Shown here piece by piece: positions 48,848-59,451 of a DNA stretch of 64,000 bases (positions are counted from its first letter, which is position 1; every line of letters begins with the position of its first letter). Made by a program: the position numbers and the translations under genes. Source of the stretch: an uncultured Pseudomonadota bacterium (GTDB lineage Bacteria; Oederibacteriota; Muellerivitia; Muellerivitales; Muellerivitaceae). Under the pieces are notes generated by a model. It had not been told where the DNA came from. It saw only the letters and a list, made by a program, of their open reading frames with translations, and made no database searches. The DNA lies in contig CAWJKT010000011.1 in the NCBI GenBank assembly GCA_963843375.1, positions 192,001 to 256,000 of the forward strand. Reading direction: 5' to 3'.

Positions 48848-50032
48848 ATGAAAAAACTTCTAGTTCTTTTGATTCTCTTGTTGGGGCTCATAGTCCCATT
48901 GGCTTGTAGCGATAATAATTCCAACAAAGGAACCGGGCCAACCTTGCCAGGTGGAAGCGGAAGTGGAGGCGGGAGCGCAAGCGCCACACCCACATCGATT
49001 ATCGTATCAACTCCTGGAACGACGACTCCAATTCCGACAATGGCAATTAATACTCCAACTTTTTTACATAATTACGTAACTACTGCTGCTCCCAATGCGA
49101 TGGTTAATGTTGGAGGCAATATTACCGTTGTCGAAGGTGAAACTAAAGACGGCGGTGATGCAACGGCGTTTGGATCTTATACCGTTGGTGGGGGTGGAAG
49201 CCTTACCGGAGGTTATAATGGTAATGCGGTGGTTATTGGTATACCGACTCCTGGTTTACCCCCGCCCGGCTGGGCGGGTGTTACCCTTGCGATAACAATG
49301 CCTTTAGGAGTTGCTTATTCTTCTTATACCGGCACCTACGATATTCTGGATACTGTTCCGGGAAGCAGTGCGGCAACTTTTTATGAGGAAAACCCAAATG
49401 GTTGGCCTGGAGTTTATACAAACTATACAAGTAGTTATGAAAGTATCGTTCTCAATTCTCCAAAAGGTTTAGCCGCAGATCAACTTGGTAACCACTATGT
49501 TTCGGATACAACCAATGGATATATTGATGTTTTTGGCCCTCCTTGCGGTTGTGGTCCTCCTGTTGGTCCGCCGGTTTACCATCGGTGGAATGGATCCTCC
49601 TCAAAGTTTCCGTTCGTGCAACCCTATGCCCTTTTTTGCGACTCGAATAATAATTTGTGGGTAACAGACACTGGATATAAACCTTCAGTGGTTGAGGAGT
49701 TTCAACCCATTGGGCCGCTGGGAGATGGTGGCGCAACATTCATTGGGTCTTTCAGTGGATATCCCAATTGCGTTGCTGTTGCTGTAGCGGTGGACCAAAG
49801 CGCCAGTTGTAACGGTGTTGCGGGCCCATGTGTTTACGTTGCGGATTCGGGAAACAAGCAGGTTGAGGAATATACATCCACGGGTGTACTGCTGCGATAT
49901 TGGACGATTCCCACTAGTATGCACGAATTCCAAAACTTTAGTCCCGCTTCAATAGCTCTGATTGGAAATCCTGTTTCGAATATCATTGTGGGTGATGTGG
50001 GTAATGATGAACTTCAAGTCTTTGGGCCTTAA
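48848..50032 (+). CDS. NHL-repeat lipoprotein
   Basis: Lipobox-like LAC, Gly/Thr linker, NHL-like repeats. Confidence 0.8.
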   Translation: MKKLLVLLILLLGLIVPLACSDNNSNKGTGPTLPGGSGSGGGSASATPTSIIVSTPGTTTPIPTMAINTPTFLHNYVTTAAPNAMVNVGGNITVVEGETKDGGDATAFGSYTVGGGGSLTGGYNGNAVVIGIPTPGLPPPGWAGVTLAITMPLGVAYSSYTGTYDILDTVPGSSAATFYEENPNGWPGVYTNYTSSYESIVLNSPKGLAADQLGNHYVSDTTNGYIDVFGPPCGCGPPVGPPVYHRWNGSSSKFPFVQPYALFCDSNNNLWVTDTGYKPSVVEEFQPIGPLGDGGATFIGSFSGYPNCVAVAVAVDQSASCNGVAGPCVYVADSGNKQVEEYTSTGVLLRYWTIPTSMHEFQNFSPASIALIGNPVSNIIVGDVGNDELQVFGP

Positions 50033-50059
50033 CAGATTTGATAGAAATATTTTTTTCTT

Positions 50060-50092
50060 AAAGCCCGGGGTTGAAAAACTCTGGGCTTTTTT
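50060..50092 (+). terminator. Intrinsic terminator
   Basis: AAAGCCCGGGGTT gaaa AACTCTGGGCTTTTTT. Confidence 0.65.
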
Positions 50093-50104
50093 AATTGTGT
50101 GAGC

Positions 50105-50644
50105 ATGAAAAAAAGATTTTTCTCTCATGAGGTGGCTATGGAAACGAATGACATTCCACTGGATGGACGGGAAAAGCAAGCTAAGGCCCTGTCGCTTTGG
50201 ATGAAGGGCTATCAGGCTCAAGTTGACGGGCAGGTTACCCAAGCCATCCAACTTTACAAAGAATCTTTAGGGTTTTTCCCGACCGCCGAAGCCCATACAT
50301 TCCTAGGTTGGGCTTATTCCCATCAGGGCGACTTCAACGAAGCCATCGAACAATGCCTGAGAGCCATTGATACGGACCCTTCTTTCGGTAACCCCTATAA
50401 CGACATTGGGGCTTATTTCATTGAACAAGGAAAATGGGAAGAAGCCATCCCCTGGCTGGAGAAAGCCGTGGAATCCCAGCGCTACGAACCCCGCCATTAT
50501 CCCCATTTCAATCTGGGTCGGGTTTACCTTCAGATGAGAAAAACAGATGAAGCGCTGGAGGAATTTAATAAAGCACTTGAGATACTTCCTGATTACACTC
50601 CCGCTCGCCGGATGATTTCTCAAATCAATAGTCGTTACAATTGA
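50105..50644 (+). CDS. Tetratricopeptide repeat protein
   Basis: PTAEAHTFLGW.Y, GNPYNDIG.Y and PH.NLGR.Y; start uncertain (50105 or 50138). Confidence 0.85.
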   Translation: MKKRFFSHEVAMETNDIPLDGREKQAKALSLWMKGYQAQVDGQVTQAIQLYKESLGFFPTAEAHTFLGWAYSHQGDFNEAIEQCLRAIDTDPSFGNPYNDIGAYFIEQGKWEEAIPWLEKAVESQRYEPRHYPHFNLGRVYLQMRKTDEALEEFNKALEILPDYTPARRMISQINSRYN

Positions 50645-51019
50645 AGAGAACCGCGCCGAAATTCAAAAGTCATGGTTCGAGGTGTTTTTTCTGAAAATCC
50701 CCCGATGGGCTGGGATTTTTCATGATCTCGTTAATGCCTTATTCTGAGGCCGCAAAACAAAGTGGTTATTGAAGAATACTTAATTTTACAAGTGGACATT
50801 GACGCCACTGGTGCGGTAAAAAGGTGGACTTAGTCGGGAGCTTGGGTTACGGTTGTGACAAATCAGCTATCGCGGTTTAGGGCAATTCGGCTTTAGGCCC
50901 GCCATAGTCGATGATGAACCCTTATCGGCAGTAAACAAAGTTGTACCCATTTAATTTTGGCGAGGACAATCCCGAAGGGATGAACGGTCCTCCCGCGGAA
51001 TGAAACGAAAGGGACTTTC

Positions 51020-51766
51020 ATGAAGACTTCCTTGAAATGTTTTTCGGCCTTTCTTCTGCTATTCACCCTTTGGGCGTCCATAGCCCGAGCGGGCCAACAA
51101 GTTTACCTCTCGACTTCCCCCAACGACCGGTACCGTGTTTATGTAGAGCAGGTGATTGACCGCCGGGTCGGCGACCGTATTTTTTTCCGTTATCCCATGA
51201 TGTTGGTCAACGTCAGGCGCCCCGACCATCATTTTAAAATTATGGACGCCGGAACTCCCTTGATCCAGGAAACCGACCGCGGAACTTTTAAGGTGAAATG
51301 GAATGGGTCGGATCCCGCCCAGCCCACCTCGATTCATTTCGACTGGGCAGATGACAGCCTGAAGTTTTTCATCCGTTTGGAGGCCATTGAGGGTATTTGG
51401 AAAACCTATTTCGTGGACATCAACAGCGGGAAAACCACCGAGATCACCGCCGACCTGGAAAAAGCCCTGGTGGATGAAATCAAGGATGAGGACTGCCAGC
51501 AACCCAAGGTGGAATTGATCCAATGGACCAAACCCTACCTGGCCTTCATTAAATTGACCAGCATTTGCGGCGCGGAAAAGGACCAGCTCAACTCCAAGCT
51601 TTTCTACGAAAAAGCTTCCGTTCTTTTCGACACGGATAAGGGGCAGGTGGTTTCCAACTGCGTGAATTGCAAGGATTCCAAAACCCTCAAAGTATTCGAT
51701 CAGTATTACATTGGCACAATCCCCACCCCAACGCCTACTCCGGAAGAAACCCCAGTCGCCCAATAA
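51020..51766 (+). CDS. Secreted hypothetical protein
   Basis: Signal peptide ending ARA; C-terminal PTPTP. Confidence 0.65.
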   Translation: MKTSLKCFSAFLLLFTLWASIARAGQQVYLSTSPNDRYRVYVEQVIDRRVGDRIFFRYPMMLVNVRRPDHHFKIMDAGTPLIQETDRGTFKVKWNGSDPAQPTSIHFDWADDSLKFFIRLEAIEGIWKTYFVDINSGKTTEITADLEKALVDEIKDEDCQQPKVELIQWTKPYLAFIKLTSICGAEKDQLNSKLFYEKASVLFDTDKGQVVSNCVNCKDSKTLKVFDQYYIGTIPTPTPTPEETPVAQ

Positions 51767-51870
51767 TACTCCAGGGTCAAAAAGACCCTTTCGCCCGGAG
51801 TGAATTGTTTTTTCAAACCAACCGGCCTATCCTTCCTTTTGTGAAATTCTTCTACAGGCCCAAACCCTCC

Positions 51871-54228
51871 ATGAAGAACTTATTTTTTCTCGTTAAGGAT
51901 TTTTTTACCATGGGGTTGATTCCTTCCGTGGCCTTCGGCTTTACATTGTCGGGAAAGATCCTGGAAAAAGGGACCAAAGTCCCAATTCCCGGAGCTAGCC
52001 TGTATCTGGAATCGGTTGAGAATAGTCCACAAACAACCACCCCGATTCCAACTCCCCTGAACTTTTTTTTGCCAACACCCACGGGATCGGTGACATCTTT
52101 GGTTTCTCCTGTTAGCAGGGGTGCGGCTTCTCCTCCTTTTTTTTCCGCTGACGCGGATTTAAAAGGGAACTACGGCATATCCGTTCCCCCGGGAGCTTAC
52201 CGGTTGGTGGTGGCGGGAGAGGGTTATGTGAAAATTTCTCTTCCTTCCTTCGGGGTTCATGGGGATATTCGAAAGAATTTTTACCTCCAGCGGGAGGGCT
52301 TCACCCTGCCGGAAGTGGTGGTATCCGCCTCCAAGGAATCGAATAGTGAAGTGAGCCATGAGGTTTTATCCAAGGAAGAGCTAACATCGGTGGCCGGAAG
52401 CGTGGGGGACGTGATGCGGGCTGTCCAAGCTCTTCCGGGTGTCATCAACGCGGGCGTAGAGTACGGAGGGCTTTTGGTACGGGGCACCGGCCCTGACGAC
52501 AGCCTATACCTGGTAGACCGCATTCCGATCCCCTTTCCTTTTCATTTCGGTGGCGCCATTTCCACCTTGGACTCCTCCCTGATCAAAGATCTGGATTTTA
52601 TGGCAGGCGGATTCGGCCCCCAATATGGCAATGTCATGGGAGGTGTGGTGGACACGGATGAAAGAGACCCCCGGTCGGACCGTTGGGGTATCCGGGCGGA
52701 TGTCAATCTGCTCATGTCGGAGGCCGAAATCGAGGGACCGGTTACTTCCGATAGTTCGCTGGTCATTGCTGGGAGGCGAAGCTATCTGGATCTCCTCATT
52801 GGTAGTCTCAGCAACAACAGTTTCACAGCTGTTCCGGTTTTCGGCGATTACCAGGTGAAATACAGTTATAACCCATCCCCCACCGTTCATTGGGACTTCG
52901 ATGCCTTCGGAAGCACGGATAAAGTCGGCGTCAACGTCAACGGGGACAACGCCGAGCAAGATCCAGTTTTAGGCGGGAACTTTAACTTCCAAGACGGCTA
53001 CGCCGGCCAGGGGATCAACTTCCGGGACGTCACCGGCTCCCAAGACCGCTTTTGGAACACCCTTTACCATTTCAATTCCTTCCTGAATGAAAGCTTTGGG
53101 AGTGGCCTTTACTTGGATACCACCCTAGAGGATTTCGGGGACTGGTTCACCTGGAAGCATGATTTTGACCCGGAGTCCCAACTCGAAGCTGGATTTCAAT
53201 CCGACATCCTCATCAACGGGACCAACGCCTATTTCGTGATCTTTCCAACCGAGTACGACCCGAACTTCACCGCGACAGCCGCCAACAAGGTCAGCGCCAA
53301 TGATTCCAACACTTCCGGCGACTTGGGGGCTTACTTCAACGAGAAGTTCAAATGGTTCGATCGCAAGTTGGAGCTATCCATCGGAGCCCGGATGGATTAT
53401 CTCACGACCGATTCCAAGACCGCCTTGGCCCCCCGGGTTTCAGCGGCTTACTTTTTATCCGGCCAGACGACGCTTACGGCCTCTTATGGCTATTACGACG
53501 AGGCCCCCAGTCGTATCGAGGGTAACACTTATCTGGATCCAAGCCTGGGGAACCCCCATTTGGGTCCCGAACAATCCATCTCGACGGTCCTGGGCATTGA
53601 ACAGAAATTGGAGAAGGGCTTGGACTTTCGCGTGGAAGGTTATGAAAAAGACTTTTCCCAATTGATCGTCTATGATCCATCCTTGAACTACAGCAATGCG
53701 GGGACGGGCACCGCGCGGGGAATGGAGATATTCATAAGAAAGGAGCCGACCGACCGGTTTTTTGGCTGGATATCCTATTCGCTCAGTCAATCGCTTCGGC
53801 AAGATGGGGCCGGACTTCCCACTTATGTTTACGACTTCGATGAGCCCGATGTCCTGACAGTGGTGGCCAATTACAAATTGAACCCAGGCTGGGACGCTGG
53901 GTTTAAATGGCTTTATTCCTCGGGTTTGCCCTACACTCCCGTGATCTTGGGCAATGCCGCCGTCACCACCATCGGAGCGGATACCTATTACATTCCCTCG
54001 ACCGGTTCGGTTAATTCGGCCAGGCTGCCGGACTATGGGCGCCTGGATATTTCCACCTCCTTCAAGACGGTTTACGACACTTGGGAATGGCGCGTGTATT
54101 TTGACATCATCAACGTTCTCAACAGTAAAGACGTTTTGGGGTACCAGTACAACAGTGACTATACACAGGAAAGCGAGGTTCTGGACCTACCTTTCCTGCC
54201 TTATATCGGTTTCGAGGCGAAGTACTAA
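51871..54228 (+). CDS. TonB-dependent receptor
   Basis: N-terminal carboxypeptidase-regulatory-like domain, plug (LPGV...VRG...GG....YG...GG), barrel ending RLPDY.RLD...IGFEAKY. Confidence 0.9.
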   Translation: MKNLFFLVKDFFTMGLIPSVAFGFTLSGKILEKGTKVPIPGASLYLESVENSPQTTTPIPTPLNFFLPTPTGSVTSLVSPVSRGAASPPFFSADADLKGNYGISVPPGAYRLVVAGEGYVKISLPSFGVHGDIRKNFYLQREGFTLPEVVVSASKESNSEVSHEVLSKEELTSVAGSVGDVMRAVQALPGVINAGVEYGGLLVRGTGPDDSLYLVDRIPIPFPFHFGGAISTLDSSLIKDLDFMAGGFGPQYGNVMGGVVDTDERDPRSDRWGIRADVNLLMSEAEIEGPVTSDSSLVIAGRRSYLDLLIGSLSNNSFTAVPVFGDYQVKYSYNPSPTVHWDFDAFGSTDKVGVNVNGDNAEQDPVLGGNFNFQDGYAGQGINFRDVTGSQDRFWNTLYHFNSFLNESFGSGLYLDTTLEDFGDWFTWKHDFDPESQLEAGFQSDILINGTNAYFVIFPTEYDPNFTATAANKVSANDSNTSGDLGAYFNEKFKWFDRKLELSIGARMDYLTTDSKTALAPRVSAAYFLSGQTTLTASYGYYDEAPSRIEGNTYLDPSLGNPHLGPEQSISTVLGIEQKLEKGLDFRVEGYEKDFSQLIVYDPSLNYSNAGTGTARGMEIFIRKEPTDRFFGWISYSLSQSLRQDGAGLPTYVYDFDEPDVLTVVANYKLNPGWDAGFKWLYSSGLPYTPVILGNAAVTTIGADTYYIPSTGSVNSARLPDYGRLDISTSFKTVYDTWEWRVYFDIINVLNSKDVLGYQYNSDYTQESEVLDLPFLPYIGFEAKY

Positions 54229-54435
54229 AGGCATACCTAATAGGGATTTTGGTCCATTCAGGAAATCCAATTTCTTCCGTTAGGTTATCCAAAGGTGAAG
54301 GATGCGGACGGAATTTCCCCCATCCAACTTTTGGTCTTAAAAATCCTTTCGATAGGGCATTAGGGCGCGATACCCGGCGGCCAACCCCGGGTTCCGCGCC
54401 TTTCTTTTTTGGGTGAGGGCTTTTAAAATAGCCCC

Positions 54436-56127
54436 GTGACATCCCCCTCATATTCCAAGCCGTTTTTTCTGTTTCTTTTTTTTGCAGCACTCTTTTCATT
54501 CCAAGTCATTCCGCCATTAATCAACGATTCGTTGACCAACGACGAACCCACGGATATCGCCAATGGCTATTATTATTGGACGCAGGGGGACGTGGTGACG
54601 CCCCATAACCACCCGCCCCTGGGGTGCGCCTTTCAGGCATTTCCGCTTCTTTTGATGGGCTTGAAGACCCTGCCTTACTCGGGCGATGTCATCGACCGGG
54701 GACATTTTTTCATCTTCCAATGGAACCTGAACCGATTGGAAACCCTCACCCTGGCCGCCCGTTCGGTCAGCTGGCTGCTGGGTTTAGCCGTTGGACTGGC
54801 GCTTTGGCGTGTCACTCGGGAAAAAATGGTTTTATGCGCGGCGGTTCTCTTCTTTTGGGCCTTGGATCCCGCCTTTTGCGCACTCTCGGGGCTGGCCAAA
54901 ACGGACATTGCCCCCACCCTTTTCTTTTTCCTGGCAGTAATGGCCTTTGAACAGGCCCAAAGAAAGCCTTCCCCGTTTCATTCCATCGCCGCAGGAGCCC
55001 TCGTCGGGCTCGCGGTTAATGCAAAATTTTACTGCCTGGTTTTGTTACCGGTATTCCTCATCCTGGAAATTTTGTTTTATTACCGGAAAGAGAACCTGCT
55101 GTTTTTAAAAGAGCGAAGAATGGAAATCAGGGACCGGTGGATAAATGGGACGGGCTGTTTTTTCACGGTCACTTTCCTGGTCTTCCTTCCTGCCAGCCTG
55201 CTCTTACCCGACCATCACCAGCCTTTTTATTATGTCATACAAAAGTTCAAGGAAGACTTGGCTTTCGCTCGAAATCCCTTTCCGGTATTCTTCCTGGGGA
55301 ACAGCGGGTTAGACAGCCATTGGTATTATCTGCCGGTGGCTTTTATATTGAAGGAGCCCTTGTCCTTTCTTTTCTTTTTGGCGGCCGCTTCTGGGTTGGC
55401 ATTCAGGGGCAGGATTCAATTTCCATCCTGGATATGGGTCCCGCCCTTGGTGTTTTTTCTGGCCCTTTTGCCCTCCTTGAACCTGGGAGTGCGTTATCTA
55501 CTTCCGGCATTTCCTTTTTTATTCCTGATTGCCGGGGAAGGAGCGGTTTGGTCATGGAGTAACGTCTCAGGAAAAGGCTGCGGAAAACTTTGGCGTGTGG
55601 TGACAATTTTTTTGGCTTTTTGGCAAATCGGAAGCGTGGCTTGGAATGATCCCCACTTGATCAGCTATTTCAATGAATTGGTTCCAACCGATAAAAAAAT
55701 CCATTACCTGGCGGATTCCAATTTGGATTGGGGGCAGGATCAAAAAAGGCTTGCTGAAACCGCCCGACAGAGGAGTTGGCCAAAAGTCCATCTGGCCTAT
55801 TTTGGGGGCATCGATCCCCAGGTTTACGGATTGGACTGGCAGCCTTGGATGGCAAGTGATTTGGAAGGGCCTCAACCCGGAACGGTTTACGCCATTAACG
55901 CCAGTTTTCTGCAATTGGCACCCATGGCTTATCCTTCCGCCCGCCCCATCGCCACCGGTTGGATCGCGGAGAGGGCCCCGACGGGGAAAGTGGGGGACAG
56001 CTGGTATTATTTCGAAATTCCCGGAAAGTCCCTCAAAAAAGCGAATGACCGGATGCTGGCCTCGGTTCCTTTCTTGCAGTATCGGGGCTATACATCCTAT
56101 CCTCCGGATTTCGTCTCAACCCATTAG
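54436..56127 (+). CDS. GT-C glycosyltransferase (family 39, PMT/ArnT-like)
   Basis: T.DEP, HPPL, many TM helices, RYLLP and DSNLDWGQD. Confidence 0.8.
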   Translation: MTSPSYSKPFFLFLFFAALFSFQVIPPLINDSLTNDEPTDIANGYYYWTQGDVVTPHNHPPLGCAFQAFPLLLMGLKTLPYSGDVIDRGHFFIFQWNLNRLETLTLAARSVSWLLGLAVGLALWRVTREKMVLCAAVLFFWALDPAFCALSGLAKTDIAPTLFFFLAVMAFEQAQRKPSPFHSIAAGALVGLAVNAKFYCLVLLPVFLILEILFYYRKENLLFLKERRMEIRDRWINGTGCFFTVTFLVFLPASLLLPDHHQPFYYVIQKFKEDLAFARNPFPVFFLGNSGLDSHWYYLPVAFILKEPLSFLFFLAAASGLAFRGRIQFPSWIWVPPLVFFLALLPSLNLGVRYLLPAFPFLFLIAGEGAVWSWSNVSGKGCGKLWRVVTIFLAFWQIGSVAWNDPHLISYFNELVPTDKKIHYLADSNLDWGQDQKRLAETARQRSWPKVHLAYFGGIDPQVYGLDWQPWMASDLEGPQPGTVYAINASFLQLAPMAYPSARPIATGWIAERAPTGKVGDSWYYFEIPGKSLKKANDRMLASVPFLQYRGYTSYPPDFVSTH

Positions 56128-56136
56128 AAGTCCCAT

Positions 56137-56991
56137 TTATTTTTGTTTGATGAGGTTATTCCAGGCAAAATGTCCATTCTTGTCCAGAAATGGAATTTTG
56201 AAAAGTTCCCACAAAGCCAAATATTTTGAGTCGCGAAATAATTCCAGGCCTAATTTCATTTTTTCTTGCCCGTCCTGGGGATGGGGACGGTAAGTCAAAA
56301 AGAGCCTGTCCCAAAAAGAAAAAATGAACCCAAAATCGCTGTTGGTTTCCACAGGAAGGGTTGAATGGTGGATACGGTGCATTTCGGGGGTCACGAAAAC
56401 CAGCCGGATCGATTTTTCCAAAAGCGCCGGGAGCCGAGTATTGGAATGGTTAAAGAGGTTGGAAGCGTTCAAAATTAGCTCATACATTAGAATTCCCGCG
56501 GCCGGTGCGCCCAATAACAAAACAACCAATGTTTTAATAAAGTGCATAATCAATATTTCCAGGGTGTGAAAGCGGGTTCCGGTGGTGACATCCACCTCCA
56601 AGTCGGCGTGGTGCATCCGGTGTATTTTCCAAAGCAAGGGAACGTAATGAAGAAGGCGATGCTGGTAATAAATCATCCAGTCCACCACGATCACCGTAAA
56701 GCAAACGGAAAAGCCAGGAGGCACTTCCACCCATTGAAAAAGGCCGAAACGGCTTCGAATGGCGGCTTGGGTTACCCCGAGGACAGCTCCGGAGAAAAAG
56801 ACCCGGATAAAAAAATGGTTAAAACATCCCAAGCCCAGGTTATTGGGCCACCGCAGGACGGTGGGAATGGATTCCTTCCGGCGCGGCCCCCATTGTTCCC
56901 ATAAAGCCAGCAGAATAAAGACGGCAAAAAAACAATAAAGCCGGACATTTTGTTCATAATTGACCAGGTTCATCAAATTTAAATGGAACAT
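56137..56991 (-). CDS. Sterol desaturase / fatty acid hydroxylase family
   Basis: Y.QHR..H, HRMHH, F.HSN, HRIHHS and WDRLF.T. Confidence 0.9.
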   Translation of the reverse strand: MFHLNLMNLVNYEQNVRLYCFFAVFILLALWEQWGPRRKESIPTVLRWPNNLGLGCFNHFFIRVFFSGAVLGVTQAAIRSRFGLFQWVEVPPGFSVCFTVIVVDWMIYYQHRLLHYVPLLWKIHRMHHADLEVDVTTGTRFHTLEILIMHFIKTLVVLLLGAPAAGILMYELILNASNLFNHSNTRLPALLEKSIRLVFVTPEMHRIHHSTLPVETNSDFGFIFSFWDRLFLTYRPHPQDGQEKMKLGLELFRDSKYLALWELFKIPFLDKNGHFAWNNLIKQK

Positions 56992-57147
56992 TACCTCACC
57001 CCTGCAGACTCGAGTTTCCCGAGTATATCGTAATTCCTTGGTTTAGGAACCTGATCCTTTCGAGTGGAAAAAAAACCAGGAAAACATCAGAATGGAAACA
57101 TATTCCCGGATTCGAAAACTTAAAAAAATTAAAAAGATGAGGGCCCA

Positions 57148-57792
57148 TTGTTTCAAAAAGAATACTGGGAAAGAAAAGCGCTGGATCATCGACGGCCCCC
57201 CGACCATCCGGTTGTACGGCAATATGTGGTCCCCAAGATTGAATTTATTAGCCAGACCGTTCCCTTGACCCCTTCCACGCGACTTTTGGACGTGGGTTGC
57301 GGCAACGGTTTTTTTTCTTATTATTTCAATCAAACCTGTGAAGTCGTGGGAGTGGATTTTTCCCAAAAGATGCTGGCTATGAACCCGATTACGCGGAAAT
57401 TGGTAATGGACGCGTCTCATTTGACCTTCCAGGATTTTGCCTTCCAGGTGGTCTTCTGCCACGCCCTATTGCACCATGTGGAGAATATCGACGCCGTGCT
57501 CAGGGAAATGCGCCGGGTTTCGAGTAAGTATGTGGTGGTTCTTGAACCGAACCGGAACAATCCCTTGATGTACCTTTTTTCCTCCCTGGTGAAGGAAGAA
57601 CGCAAGGCCCTGGAGTTTTCCATGGATTATTTAAAAAAGAAAATGTCCTCCCACGGCCTGAAGGTTGTGGCTTCCGGCTCCCATGGAATGACGGTGCCGA
57701 ACAAGACACCTGCTTTTTTATTGCCCCTCGTCAGGCTTCTCGATTTCAACCAACCCCTTGGAATGACGAACATCCTCGTCGCAGAAAGATAA
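57148..57792 (+). CDS. Class I SAM-dependent methyltransferase
   Basis: LLDVGCGNG, GVDFS..ML and LHH. Confidence 0.85.
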   Translation: MFQKEYWERKALDHRRPPDHPVVRQYVVPKIEFISQTVPLTPSTRLLDVGCGNGFFSYYFNQTCEVVGVDFSQKMLAMNPITRKLVMDASHLTFQDFAFQVVFCHALLHHVENIDAVLREMRRVSSKYVVVLEPNRNNPLMYLFSSLVKEERKALEFSMDYLKKKMSSHGLKVVASGSHGMTVPNKTPAFLLPLVRLLDFNQPLGMTNILVAER

Positions 57793-57820
57793 AAACCTTT
57801 TTTATCGAAAGGCTCGGGAA

Positions 57821-58492
57821 CTAAGTCCGGGGGTGTTTGGTTTCGATGCGATGGAGGAGTTCCCTCAAGGTGATATCCCCCATGGACTCGATCCGTTCGT
57901 TGGCGTGGTCCAAGGGAAGGGTTCTTGTCACGGGGTTAGGCACAGCCACGCAATAAACCCCCGCAGCCCGGGCGGCTGTGACCCCGTTGGGGGAATCCTC
58001 AAAGGCGAGGGCCCGGCCGGGGTCGACCCCCATAAAGGTCAGGGTGAGTTCATATAATTCTGGATGGGGTTTGACGTTTTGGACGTCGTCGGCAGTTCGG
58101 ATGGAATGAAAGCACTCCGCCAGGTTCAATCGGGAAAGGTGCTCCATCACCCATTTCTGGTCGGAACTGGAAGCCAGGGCGAGGGCAATCCTTTGGCGCT
58201 GGGCTTCCTTGAGATATTCGATGACGCCTTCGCGGGGTTTCAAATCTTTGATCAGTTCCCGCTCCCGCTCCTTGTATACCCGCTTCAGTTGCTGACGGTC
58301 CAGTTTGAGCCCCACCTGGGTTTCCAGATGTTCGTAAACGTCGAAAGCATGGTGGGAGGTGCCGATACAGCGCGCCCAAATTTCCAAAGGAAGTTCCGCC
58401 CCAAAGGAATGGTAAATTTCTGTCCAGTTTTGGAAGGCGGAACTCTCCGTATCGAGGATGAGTCCGTCAAAATCGAAAATAAGAAGGTCCAT
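57821..58492 (-). CDS. HAD-family phosphatase
   Basis: FDFDGLILDTE, ASSS, KP.P and FEDS.NG. Confidence 0.92.
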   Translation of the reverse strand: MDLLIFDFDGLILDTESSAFQNWTEIYHSFGAELPLEIWARCIGTSHHAFDVYEHLETQVGLKLDRQQLKRVYKERERELIKDLKPREGVIEYLKEAQRQRIALALASSSDQKWVMEHLSRLNLAECFHSIRTADDVQNVKPHPELYELTLTFMGVDPGRALAFEDSPNGVTAARAAGVYCVAVPNPVTRTLPLDHANERIESMGDITLRELLHRIETKHPRT

Positions 58493-58659
58493 TCGAACCT
58501 CAGGTTTAAGTTCTAGATTTTTAATTTGAAGTTAAAGAAGTTTTCCATTGTTTCTTTAAAACACGGGAAAACGGTCCATAACTTAACACTCAAAATTCAA
58601 AACTCAAAACTTTTCTTTAGGTTTGGTTTACACTATTAACGAATAAGCGAGGTCTTGGG

Positions 58660-59451
58660 GTGGATCAAAAGAAAGTCAACTCGGTCGTTTTGGACGTGGA
58701 AAATGTCACCATTTCCTTTGGAGGATTGGTGGCGGTCGATGATTTTTCCCTGGTTCTGCGAGAAGGCGAATTGGCGGGGCTCATTGGACCCAACGGGGCG
58801 GGAAAAACCACCGTCTTCAACATCCTTTCGGGTATTTATCGGCCCCAGAGGGGGGACGTGCGGGTTTTGGGAAAATCAATCCTCGGCTTAAGGCCCAACC
58901 GGATCACCCATTTGGGACTGGTGCGTACCTTCCAAAATATCCGCCTCTTCAAGGACTTGACGGTCGAAACCAATATCAAGGTGGCTTTCCATCATTCCCA
59001 TCCCTATGGTGTTGGCGCGGCTCTGGCTCAAACCCAAAGGTTCGGGGATGTGGAAAAGGCTTTTTCCGAAGAGGCCGACCGCCTGATGCAGGTATTGGAA
59101 TTAACCCATCGCAAAGGAACCTTGGCCGGCGCATTGCCTTATGGAGACCAAAAAAAACTGGAAATCGCCCGGGCCCTGGCGACCGGAGCCCAAATCCTTC
59201 TTTTGGATGAGCCCGCTGCGGGCATGAATCCCCAGGAGTCCCAGTGGCTCATGCAGGTAATCCAGCGGCTGCGCAAGGACTTTAATCTTTCCATTCTTTT
59301 GATCGAGCACGATATGAAGGTGGTCATGGGCATTTGCGAGAAGATTTATGTGATGGACCACGGTATCAAGATCGCCGAAGGAACGCCCAAAGAAGTGCAA
59401 GAGGACCCCAAAGTGATCGAAGCCTATTTGGGAATAAAAAAGAAAAAATGA
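58660..59451 (+). CDS. livG: Branched-chain amino acid ABC ATP-binding protein
   Basis: GPNGAGKTT, RTFQNIRLF, LPYG.Q..LEIARALA and LDEPAAG. Confidence 0.88.
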   Translation: MDQKKVNSVVLDVENVTISFGGLVAVDDFSLVLREGELAGLIGPNGAGKTTVFNILSGIYRPQRGDVRVLGKSILGLRPNRITHLGLVRTFQNIRLFKDLTVETNIKVAFHHSHPYGVGAALAQTQRFGDVEKAFSEEADRLMQVLELTHRKGTLAGALPYGDQKKLEIARALATGAQILLLDEPAAGMNPQESQWLMQVIQRLRKDFNLSILLIEHDMKVVMGICEKIYVMDHGIKIAEGTPKEVQEDPKVIEAYLGIKKKK

